DNA of 64,000 nucleotides from a virus: positions 26,749 to 90,748 of IMG/VR virus record IMGVR_UViG_3300012000_000008; one strand, given 5' to 3'. Below, piece by piece: positions 55,854 to 64,000 of this stretch. The position numbers and the translations under genes are program-made. The notes under the pieces are model-generated. The model saw nothing but the letters and a program-made list of their open reading frames with translations, searched no databases and was not told the DNA's origin. Each line of letters opens with the position of its first letter. Position 1 is the first letter of the stretch.

Positions 55854-56667
55854 TGCTACCAACTTACTGTACCGCACATGGCATGTCACCCAGCAAGCTC
55901 CAGCTGATATTTTAATTCTTACCTATCTCAGAAGCATCAGAAAGTATTTGAATGAATTTAAACCTGATGCAAGTTACTCAGTTTCTGATAAAAGATTGAC
56001 ACATGGTGTGAAGAATTATCGCAGACAAGATGCAGATTACAAACAAAATCGTGACAAAAGTTTATGGCAAAGTGTGCATGAATCGGAAGACACCATAGAA
56101 CAGCTTACCACACACTTGGGCATTGTAAATTTGTTTCCCGGCATTCTAGAAGCAGATGATGTAATAGCTTATTTGTGCAGAACATTGCAAGGCCATAAAA
56201 CTGTGGTATCAACAGATAACGACATGGCACAGTTGATCTGTGAAGATGTGCAATTGTACTCTCCAGTTAAAAAAATATTAGTAACAATGGAAAATTTTGA
56301 GCAACACTATCCTGTGAACAAAAACAGATTCTTACTATACAAAAGTATCATAGGAGATGCTGCAGACAATATCAAAGGCATACCTGGTTATGGCAAGGTT
56401 AAAGCCAAAAAGCTTACAGAAAACTTTGAACATGAACATCTAAAGTTAACTGAAGATCAAAGGAAAACCTTGAAGTACAATTTAGAAATGGTAGATTTGA
56501 AACATGGCTTGAAAGTGCATCCAGAAGAAGAAGCAGTTTATAAAGAGCAATTGGATAGCAAAGTTTCAAACCCTAATTTTAATGCCTTTTTAGACATGTG
56601 CAAAGAACATAAGATGCATTCCATTGTTTCTGATTCAGCATCTTGGAGCCATTTGTTACCCAGTTGA
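55834..56667 (+). CDS. 5'-3' exonuclease (T4 RNase H / Pol I 5' domain)
   Basis: IIDATN, YKQNR, LEADDVIA, STDND and GDAADNIKGIPGYG. Confidence 0.9.
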   Translation: MKYLIIDATNLLYRTWHVTQQAPADILILTYLRSIRKYLNEFKPDASYSVSDKRLTHGVKNYRRQDADYKQNRDKSLWQSVHESEDTIEQLTTHLGIVNLFPGILEADDVIAYLCRTLQGHKTVVSTDNDMAQLICEDVQLYSPVKKILVTMENFEQHYPVNKNRFLLYKSIIGDAADNIKGIPGYGKVKAKKLTENFEHEHLKLTEDQRKTLKYNLEMVDLKHGLKVHPEEEAVYKEQLDSKVSNPNFNAFLDMCKEHKMHSIVSDSASWSHLLPS

Positions 56668-56697
56668 AATTCGCATAATATCTTATAATATATTTCT

Positions 56698-57384
56698 ATG
56701 GGTATGTTTGATCATGTTATTATAGAAGGCTTGAAACTGCCCAAGCTTCCTGCAGAAATTAATGCTTTTTTAAAAGCTAATGATGCTGCATTGCCGGCAG
56801 ATTTTCAGACCAAAGATCTAGACAATACCCTGGCTACTTATACTATCAGAGAGAATGGCCAGGTTTACTTGACAGAATATGTGCCTACAGGTAAAAAAGT
56901 CCCTTATGAACCTATCTGGAAGTCGCTCACTGATAATAGAAGCTTCCTAGAAAGAGTTTATTCAAACGTTAAATATGGTTATTACAAAGACAAGTCTAAA
57001 TCAAATCTAGTAGAAGAAAGAAAGGCTGTACAATCCAAAGTAAAATTTACAAGCACATTTAATGCTTTCATTTATCATGAAATTGCTGGCCGTTATCTGG
57101 ATGCAGAATATGAATTTACTGTTGTAGATGGCAAAGTAACCAAAGTAAAATTGCTTAGAATTGAGCTAGAATCAGAAGCTTCTGCCAATAAACGCAAAGC
57201 AGGTGATGCTGCTTTTAAAGCCAAGATGGATGCTTCTTTTGAAGCCAGAAGAAAATTTACTTCTCTGTGGTATTACCCAATTCTTAAAGAAATTTACAAC
57301 CCATTTGTGTTTTTCTCTAAATTAATAATTCAAGCCGTGTGTAACAAAATAATAAGTTGGACATACCGCTGGCATGGCATCTAA
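56698..57384 (+). CDS. Hypothetical protein
   Basis: MGMFD...FQTKDL phage motif. Confidence 0.65.
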   Translation: MGMFDHVIIEGLKLPKLPAEINAFLKANDAALPADFQTKDLDNTLATYTIRENGQVYLTEYVPTGKKVPYEPIWKSLTDNRSFLERVYSNVKYGYYKDKSKSNLVEERKAVQSKVKFTSTFNAFIYHEIAGRYLDAEYEFTVVDGKVTKVKLLRIELESEASANKRKAGDAAFKAKMDASFEARRKFTSLWYYPILKEIYNPFVFFSKLIIQAVCNKIISWTYRWHGI

Positions 57385-57544
57385 CAATACATACACTCTC
57401 AAAGTAGAGCAAAATGAAATTACGGAAGAATACTATGTTATTCTGCCTGAGCAGCTTCTCAAAAAATTAAACTGGAAACCTGGAGATACAATTAGTTGGC
57501 ATATTAAAAAAGATGGTTCTATTTTTGTTAAAAAAGCAGAATAA
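57374..57544 (+). CDS. AbrB/MazE-like small protein (56 aa, not in ORF track)
   Basis: YVILPEQLLKKLNWKPGDTISW...DGSI. Confidence 0.7.
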   Translation: MASNNTYTLKVEQNEITEEYYVILPEQLLKKLNWKPGDTISWHIKKDGSIFVKKAE

Positions 57545-57552
57545 AATATGAT

Positions 57553-58095
57553 ATGAACAAGCAGGTGCATAGAATTTTAGGTAAATATCTTGACGGGCAT
57601 GCATTTTCTAAAAATGATTTTTTAGAAAAAATATATTTTATTTTTTGGAGATGGTTTTATAAAATTAAAGCTTTGCCATATACAATACAATATCTTTATC
57701 AGAGAATCACCAGAGGGTTTGATGATTTGGATAAATGGAATGCTGCATGGTATATAGCAAGAAAAGCTGCTCCTGTTCTTCGTGCATGGAGAACAGGAAA
57801 AATGCATGGATCTGCTCTCAAGTGGCACAGAGAAGACCGCCATGGCAACATCATAGAGCTCTCTGTAGAAGAAGTGTATGCTGGGAGCAAAGAAGAAGGA
57901 TGGGAAGGACCCAACGCATTTACAATGGAAGAATGGCAAGCCATATTGGATGATATCATATTTGCTTTTCAGTGGCAGATAGATTTTGATTCCTTTGATG
58001 GCACTGTAGATGACAAAGAATATAAACAAGGCATGAAGAGGCAGAAAAGAGGATTAAAACTGTTTGCTATTTATTTTAATAGCTTGTGGGATTGA
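57553..58095 (+). CDS. Hypothetical protein
   Basis: C-terminal EWQAILDDIIFAF...GLKLFAIYFNSLWD phage motif. Confidence 0.7.
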   Translation: MNKQVHRILGKYLDGHAFSKNDFLEKIYFIFWRWFYKIKALPYTIQYLYQRITRGFDDLDKWNAAWYIARKAAPVLRAWRTGKMHGSALKWHREDRHGNIIELSVEEVYAGSKEEGWEGPNAFTMEEWQAILDDIIFAFQWQIDFDSFDGTVDDKEYKQGMKRQKRGLKLFAIYFNSLWD

Positions 58096-58131
58096 TTTTT
58101 TATGTACAGTGTTTATATTAGAGATAGGGTT

Positions 58132-58296
58132 ATGAAGCTAAAGGAGAACGACCGTTTAAAAGATGACTTAAATGCAGTTCTCAAGAAACATGGCATAGGT
58201 GTTGATGAAGCCATGATGGTGCTGGATGAAATTTTTTATGATAAGTATAATGGTCATAAATCTATGAATTGTATTGCTGAGATCAATGGCAAATGA
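58132..58296 (+). CDS. Hypothetical protein
   Basis: Small ORF coupled to the next gene. Confidence 0.45.
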   Translation: MKLKENDRLKDDLNAVLKKHGIGVDEAMMVLDEIFYDKYNGHKSMNCIAEINGK

Positions 58297-58544
58297 TTAT
58301 TAAATTTGGAGCTGATAAATCTGATGCTTATGCTTCTTGGGCTAAGATTGAGAATGTCTACATAAGTAGACCATTTTTTAAAATTGTTCTTGACAATGGA
58401 ATGGGTATCTATATGCTCAATAGTTACAAATGTAATCTGCTGCCTCGTTTTTCTTTTCAACACAGTTCTGGTTATTTAAAATTTGGTATTAGATGGTTAA
58501 AAGGTTGCATTGAATTTCAGTACAACAAGGTGTTTGCTACATGA
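58293..58544 (+). CDS. Hypothetical protein
   Basis: 83-aa ORF. Confidence 0.5.
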   Translation: MIIKFGADKSDAYASWAKIENVYISRPFFKIVLDNGMGIYMLNSYKCNLLPRFSFQHSSGYLKFGIRWLKGCIEFQYNKVFAT

Positions 58545-58614
58545 CCACTTCAACTGTTCTTATTTGTGTTGCAGTGTTGTTGTATGTATTATACTTGCGT
58601 GAAAGATTTAAAGA

Positions 58615-58884
58615 TTAATTTTCAAGATACTCTTGTATCTTTTGTTTTAGTTGCTTTCTCCTTTGTCGCTGTCTTCTGTCTAGCACTGTTACAAGTGTTG
58701 CAACTGATATGGGGAAGAAAAATCTCAGGAAAAATTGAAGGTGATCCTGATTGGTCAACTGATCAAAATATACAGTGTATAGTTCGTGAATACCCAACAA
58801 AGTCCAGATCATAGCTGGTGCAAATAAAACCCAGAACACAATATTGTAGCTTTTGCTGAAGTGGCTTTTGATTTTTTGCAGCAT
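58615..58884 (-). CDS. Small 2-TM membrane protein
   Basis: Two hydrophobic helices and a basic tail; ATG follows TAAATAATTAT. Confidence 0.6.
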   Translation of the reverse strand: MLQKIKSHFSKSYNIVFWVLFAPAMIWTLLGIHELYTVYFDQLTNQDHLQFFLRFFFPISVATLVTVLDRRQRQRRKQLKQKIQEYLEN

Positions 58885-58899
58885 ATAATTATTTAGCAC

Positions 58900-59103
58900 A
58901 TGAAGCATATTTTTACAAAGATTTGGTTGATTTGGTCTCGTACCATTGATCACCGAGTAGGTTTATCAGATTCAGACAAGCCAGACATACCCAATCTCAA
59001 AGTGCGGGATGCTAATATAAGCCTAATTCTTAGAACACTCATAGTGTTAGTAAATTTTATAACATGCGGATTCATTATAGCCAATGTTATACATCACTGG
59101 TAA
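58900..59103 (+). CDS. Small membrane protein
   Basis: C-terminal NFITCGFIIANVIHHW motif common in aquatic phages. Confidence 0.65.
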   Translation: MKHIFTKIWLIWSRTIDHRVGLSDSDKPDIPNLKVRDANISLILRTLIVLVNFITCGFIIANVIHHW

Positions 59104-59258
59104 TGAACAGAATACAGTACAATGCTGCTCAGTTGTATCTGGAAAAATGTGAGTACAGGTTAAAACTACAGAACTCCAGAGCTTTTATTTTAATATTATC
59201 AGTAACATTTGTTACAATTTTCTTTTATATTTTAAAATTTATAGTAGCATTACCATAA
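59103..59258 (+). CDS. Small membrane protein
   Basis: TAATG coupling; C-terminal TM helix. Confidence 0.45.
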   Translation: MNRIQYNAAQLYLEKCEYRLKLQNSRAFILILSVTFVTIFFYILKFIVALP

Positions 59259-59377
59259 TATTCATTTATACTAATAATAGTTCACATTAAATGTTGGGTG
59301 GCAGTTACCGTAATTGTGAACTGATTCGGTATCCATATCCTAGCATACGTTTTGTGGTGTGCGTTAAAACCACTTAA

Positions 59378-62300
59378 TTATTTAAGTTTTTTAATTTGTG
59401 CTTCTAATTGCTCTATGCGCTCCAACAAGTTCTTGATTACTGTGCCATGATATGGAATGGCTTGATCATAATTCATGACCAATGCAGCACTGGCAGGTGA
59501 CACAAAGCCATCTGCATCAATCTGCTCTTGAACATTGGCATTTCCTACTATGCTAATAAGGTGATCAAAACCAGCTCTCATGACTTGTTGAGCAATAAAC
59601 CCACTCTTTTTGCCAGGATTTTCTGCATCTTTCCAATTGAAAGTAACAGCAGAAACACCTTTAACAAAATTAGTAGCATCTTCTAGGGTAATTGGCACAA
59701 TGTTGTCTTTTAATCTCTCATCAGAAGATGCATTGAACTCTGGGCTCTGAATGCGTGAAGAGCATGTGAGTGAGTAAGGATTGGGAGTTGTGCCTGTGGT
59801 AGTGCTTGCTCCACTGGAATTCAAGTAACCATAAGGTTGAGCAATAGCAGCATTTCTGCTTGAATTGATGCTCACATAACCATTCAGTGTGCTGCTACCA
59901 ATTGCAACACCTGTTCCAACTGCTCCTCCATTCACAGGAGATTGAGCCAAAAGATTGAGTTGGCCATTGTTGGTGTTAATCCACATGCCATTGCCTGAAC
60001 CTCTGGCATGAATATGGGTATTACCGTCATCATATATTTGTGTATTATTATTACCGAAACCAATGTAACCGCTCAATGCATCATTATTAACCACTTTGGC
60101 TGTACCTGTGCCATACACATTGATGGCACCATCATCTGTAATTTGTAATAGACTGGCTGTATAAGCATTGTTAATTATTTCCAGACCACCAGCGGAATTC
60201 AAACGGAAAAACTTGCTGGGTGTAGTTGCAGAACCATATGTGTTGGTTACTGATGCAAAATCATGATAACCTGTGCCACCTTTATTGGCATATCCAGCAA
60301 TTTGTAATGTTGGGTTAGCAGTAGAATTAGCCAATGTTACTATACCTGAAGCACTTAAACTACCAAATAAAACACCAGAAAGAGGCGATGTGCTGGAGCC
60401 AATAACTAATTGATTGCTAGCTGTAGCTAAAGCATTAGTGCCCAAAACAATGACACCTGACAAGCTGCCAGTAGACACATTGGCTGTATTGCCTATGATA
60501 ACGTTATTAGAACCAATAGTATTAGCGCATCCTGCACAATTGCCTATGAAATTATTGTTAAAACCTGTACTATTATTAAAACCAGCTTTGTAACCTAAGA
60601 AGTTGTTTCTGTTGCCTGTGGAGTTGTTGAGGCCAGTAGCATATCCCAAGAAATTATTGCAACTGCCTGTGGTGTTTAAACGGCCAGCAGAGTATCCAAT
60701 GAAATTATTGCCAGCACCTGTGTTATTTGCATAGCCAGCTTGATATCCCAAGAAATTGTTGTATTTACCTGAGGTGTTAAATACACCCGATTTTTGTCCA
60801 AAAAAATTGTTATCATTGCCTGTAGTATTTCTTATTCCAGCACAAGTTCCCAAAAAATTGTTGTAATTGCCTGTATAATTGTAGTTGCCAGCTAGGAATC
60901 CAAAGAAATTGTTGCCTTTGCCTATGGTGTTGCAAAAACCAGCATTATATCCTAAGAAATTATTATTACTGCCTGTGGTATTACGATAACCTGTTTTATT
61001 TCCTAAGAAATTGTTATCATAGCCTGAAGTATTGCTTCGACCGGCTTGTCTTCCTATAAAATTGTTTTTGCAGCCTGTAGTATTAAGTCTACCAGCTTGA
61101 AATCCAAGGAAATTGTTATCACATCCTGTGGTGTTACTAAGGCCAGCAAGTACACCAAAGAAATTGTTATTACTGCCTGTGCAGTTGCAAAGGCCAGCAT
61201 TTTGTCCCAAGAAATTGTTGTTACTGCCTGTGGTGTTGCTACAGCCAGCACGTGATCCAAATACAAAATTGTGTGTGCCTGTGGTTGTATTTTTGCCTGT
61301 GGAAGCATCGCCCAAGAACACATTGAATGCAGCAGAAGGAGCTGTGACCAGGGTTCTTCCTGCTAAAAATATGTTATTAGTACTCAATGCAGGTGTGCTC
61401 AGAGCACCTGTCATGGTGTCACCAGACAGCTTAACATACTGTGAACCTAATGCATAATTGGCACTAACTGTGCTCCAGTTGCTCCATGCAGCAGAATTAT
61501 TTTGTGTGGTGGTATATACTGAATTCCATGATGCTGAAGTTGTTGTAATCAAGCTAATATCTACACCGGAAAGATAAGCAGCAGAATTAGTAGTTAAATT
61601 GGTATACGCTTGAGACCAATTGGCACTATTTGTATTTGTGGTTGTCCAATTGGAATCATATTTGGCTGAATTAGAATTAAAAGAAGTATAAACAGAATTC
61701 CATGAACCAGATGCAGCTGCTAACAGACTGATGTCTGCACCAGAGAGGTAAGCAGCAGAGTTAGCAACTAAATTGGTATAAGCCTGTGACCAATTGGCAC
61801 TATTAGTATTGGTGGTGGTATAGTTGCTGTTCCATTGATCACTGTTGCCACTTATTGTGCATAAAGCAGGCAGTGTTGTTGAAGTAACAGCAAGACTACC
61901 GAATAATGTGCCGGTTAGTGGGGCAACAGCAGCACCAATGACCAATGTATTGGAGACAGTAGCAACTGCACTAAGACCTATGACTACAGAACCAGATAAA
62001 TTATTAGAAGCAGTATTGGCTCTGTGACCCATGATGATGTTGTTGGACCCAATGGTGTTGGTACAACCTGCATAATTACCAATAAATATGTTGGTTTGTC
62101 CAAAATTGGTACAATAGCCTGAACGGTTGCCTATGATTGTGTTGCTAAAGCCAGAGCAAATGCAACCACCTGAGTATGAACCTATGATAACATTTCTTGA
62201 AGAGCTAGTACCAGTTCTACCAGCAAAATGACCAATAAAAACATTATTTGAAGCATTACCAAAAGTGTTTATGCCTGCTTGCCTGCCAATTATTACATTA

Positions 62301-64000
62301 AATAATCCAGAATTAAGAGCACCTGCCATTTGTCCAATATGTACATTCATGCTGCCAGTGGCACCACAGCCAGCTATTTGTCCAATTGAAACATTATCAT
62401 ATCCTGTGGTGTTGACACAACCTGCTTCATTTCCAATAAATACATTGCTATTGCCAGTTGTGTTTTTACACCCTGTTTTATTGCCTATAAAAACATTTCT
62501 GCTACCAGTGGTGTTTACCCTGCCTGCATTGAATCCCATAAAAGCATTATCGCTTCCAGTAGAATTATTGTTGCCAGCACTGATACCAAACATAAAATTG
62601 GTATTGCCTGTGGTATTATCATTACCTGTGGAACTGTCACCAATGAACACATTGGGACCAGCTAATATTCCTGACAATGTTCTGATACTGCTAGATCCTC
62701 CACTCAACACAATTTGATTTGTTTGAGTTGCAATGGCACCAGTGCCCAGCACAATAGTGCCACTCAAAGCGCTGGTGGCAACAGTGGCTGTACGGCCCAT
62801 GATAATATTGTCAGAGCCAATGATGTTTCTGTCTCCCGCAGAAAGCCCCATGAATATGTTGTTAAATCCTGTGGTATTATTATTGCCCACTCTGGAACCA
62901 ATGAATATGTTATCACGCCCAGTGGTATTGCTTGTTCCTGTGCATGTTCCAATGATATTGTTGCAATATCCATTGGTGTTTATGCCTGACCTTCTGCCAA
63001 TGATAGTGTTATAACGGCCTGTTTGTGCCAAATAACCTGCATCATTTCCAATAAAAGTGTTGTTTGAGCCAGTGGTGTTGCGATAGCCTGCTCTGGAACC
63101 AAAGAAATTGTTATTACCGCCACCTGTGTTGTATTGACCACTGGCTCGTCCCAAGAAAATGTTGCTACTGCCTGAAGTGTTTCTGCAGCCTACACAATAG
63201 CCCATGAAAATGTTGTTACTGCCTGTGGTGTTAACACAACCGGCTTTCTGTCCAAAAATAAAATTGTGTGTGCCTGTGGTGGTTCTTTCTCCAGTAGTAC
63301 TATCACCAATGAACACATTGTTAGCAGCAGAAGGAGCAGTGATTAATGTATTGCCTGCTAAAAATATGTTATTAGTACTCAATGCAGGTGTGCTCAGAGC
63401 ACCAGTCATGGTATCACCAGACAATTTTACATACTGAGAACCCAAAGCATAATTGGCACTAACTGTGCTCCAGTTGCTCCATGCTGCACTATTGGTATTG
63501 GTGGTGGTATAATTGCTGTTCCACTGATCACTGTTGCCACCTGAAACTGTTATGTATCCGTTACTGCTGATGGCACCATTCACAGTAAGTTCAGCACCAG
63601 GGAAACTCTCATTGATGCCTACAAATCCTCTGCTACCCGGATTAGCATTGCCCACATGCAACACTTCAATACCATCACCATCATAGAAACTAGCCACATC
63701 ATATGGGCCAGCAGCTTGATACACAAATAATGCAGGCCCAGGTCCTGTGTTGTAAACACTCAATGCACTGGTGGTTGTGAATATGGTGTTTTTAAATGTG
63801 CTGGAACCCAAAGCAGTCAAGTTGCCTTGCACAGTTAAATTGTTGGGCACAATTAAATTGGTTGGCAAGCTCAGTGTTACAGAATTGTTACCAGTATTGC
63901 TACCTGCAGGGGTGGCTACTATTTGATTGGCAGTGCCATTGATGGTGTACAAGGCATTGTTGTATCCTGTTTGCCAGTTGGCACTGTTGGCATTGGTAGT
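59378..64000 (-). CDS. Long tail fibre with NTTG repeats and C-terminal S74 chaperone (5'-truncated)
   Basis: Frame is open to the window end; three repeat arrays; SDERLKDNI...GFIAQQV...MNYDQ. Confidence 0.85.
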   Translation of the reverse strand, partial: TTNANSANWQTGYNNALYTINGTANQIVATPAGSNTGNNSVTLSLPTNLIVPNNLTVQGNLTALGSSTFKNTIFTTTSALSVYNTGPGPALFVYQAAGPYDVASFYDGDGIEVLHVGNANPGSRGFVGINESFPGAELTVNGAISSNGYITVSGGNSDQWNSNYTTTNTNSAAWSNWSTVSANYALGSQYVKLSGDTMTGALSTPALSTNNIFLAGNTLITAPSAANNVFIGDSTTGERTTTGTHNFIFGQKAGCVNTTGSNNIFMGYCVGCRNTSGSSNIFLGRASGQYNTGGGNNNFFGSRAGYRNTTGSNNTFIGNDAGYLAQTGRYNTIIGRRSGINTNGYCNNIIGTCTGTSNTTGRDNIFIGSRVGNNNTTGFNNIFMGLSAGDRNIIGSDNIIMGRTATVATSALSGTIVLGTGAIATQTNQIVLSGGSSSIRTLSGILAGPNVFIGDSSTGNDNTTGNTNFMFGISAGNNNSTGSDNAFMGFNAGRVNTTGSRNVFIGNKTGCKNTTGNSNVFIGNEAGCVNTTGYDNVSIGQIAGCGATGSMNVHIGQMAGALNSGLFNVIIGRQAGINTFGNASNNVFIGHFAGRTGTSSSRNVIIGSYSGGCICSGFSNTIIGNRSGYCTNFGQTNIFIGNYAGCTNTIGSNNIIMGHRANTASNNLSGSVVIGLSAVATVSNTLVIGAAVAPLTGTLFGSLAVTSTTLPALCTISGNSDQWNSNYTTTNTNSANWSQAYTNLVANSAAYLSGADISLLAAASGSWNSVYTSFNSNSAKYDSNWTTTNTNSANWSQAYTNLTTNSAAYLSGVDISLITTTSASWNSVYTTTQNNSAAWSNWSTVSANYALGSQYVKLSGDTMTGALSTPALSTNNIFLAGRTLVTAPSAAFNVFLGDASTGKNTTTGTHNFVFGSRAGCSNTTGSNNNFLGQNAGLCNCTGSNNNFFGVLAGLSNTTGCDNNFLGFQAGRLNTTGCKNNFIGRQAGRSNTSGYDNNFLGNKTGYRNTTGSNNNFLGYNAGFCNTIGKGNNFFGFLAGNYNYTGNYNNFLGTCAGIRNTTGNDNNFFGQKSGVFNTSGKYNNFLGYQAGYANNTGAGNNFIGYSAGRLNTTGSCNNFLGYATGLNNSTGNRNNFLGYKAGFNNSTGFNNNFIGNCAGCANTIGSNNVIIGNTANVSTGSLSGVIVLGTNALATASNQLVIGSSTSPLSGVLFGSLSASGIVTLANSTANPTLQIAGYANKGGTGYHDFASVTNTYGSATTPSKFFRLNSAGGLEIINNAYTASLLQITDDGAINVYGTGTAKVVNNDALSGYIGFGNNNTQIYDDGNTHIHARGSGNGMWINTNNGQLNLLAQSPVNGGAVGTGVAIGSSTLNGYVSINSSRNAAIAQPYGYLNSSGASTTTGTTPNPYSLTCSSRIQSPEFNASSDERLKDNIVPITLEDATNFVKGVSAVTFNWKDAENPGKKSGFIAQQVMRAGFDHLISIVGNANVQEQIDADGFVSPASAALVMNYDQAIPYHGTVIKNLLERIEQLEAQIKKLK
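61359..63488 (-). repeat. Internal ~135-bp duplication within the fibre gene (61359-61493 and 63354-63488)
   Basis: Identical peptide AAWSNWSTVSANYALGSQYVKLSGDTMTGALSTPALSTNNIFLAG occurs twice. Confidence 0.85.

Noticed and set aside
23959-63952. Diversity-generating retroelement acting on fibres
   Set aside because: No reverse transcriptase is present; the duplicated blocks are coding and differ mostly at synonymous sites rather than at adenines.
1-64000. Stop-codon reassignment
   Set aside because: Recognisable genes are intact under code 11, and TAA, TGA and TAG all end genes.
1-64000. Eukaryotic giant virus or bacterial chromosome origin
   Set aside because: tmRNA, M15 endolysin, lipoproteins, S74 fibres and sigma70-like promoters, with no cellular housekeeping operons, favour a bacteriophage. 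Capsid and terminase genes are not in this window.

Overview
This window looks like 64 kb of a large, AT-rich tailed phage genome (T4-like/jumbo myovirus style). Both ends are cut inside S74-type tail-fibre genes. In order, it holds: a ~12 kb very AT-rich glycosylation island; small nucleotide-metabolism genes; a tRNA cluster, several with non-canonical structures; a putative lysis cassette; a tmRNA with an unusual 33-aa tag; a sulfotransferase/GT9-like pair next to a repeat-rich fibre; Pro-Thr repeat proteins beside glycosyltransferases, including a GT60; a tRNA-Leu(UAA) interrupted by a very compact (178 nt) group I intron; probable internal head proteins; and Hsp20. Next comes an operon of PEP-CTERM (exosortase-substrate) proteins behind an attenuator-like leader, then UvsE and a 5'-3' exonuclease. 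The PEP-CTERM genes point to a Gram-negative host, plausibly in the PVC group (inference). Two window-wide patterns stand out: strong CpG depletion, and promoter-like boxes placed 5-8 nt upstream of start codons, suggesting leaderless mRNAs. All calls come from motifs read by eye; no database search was run.
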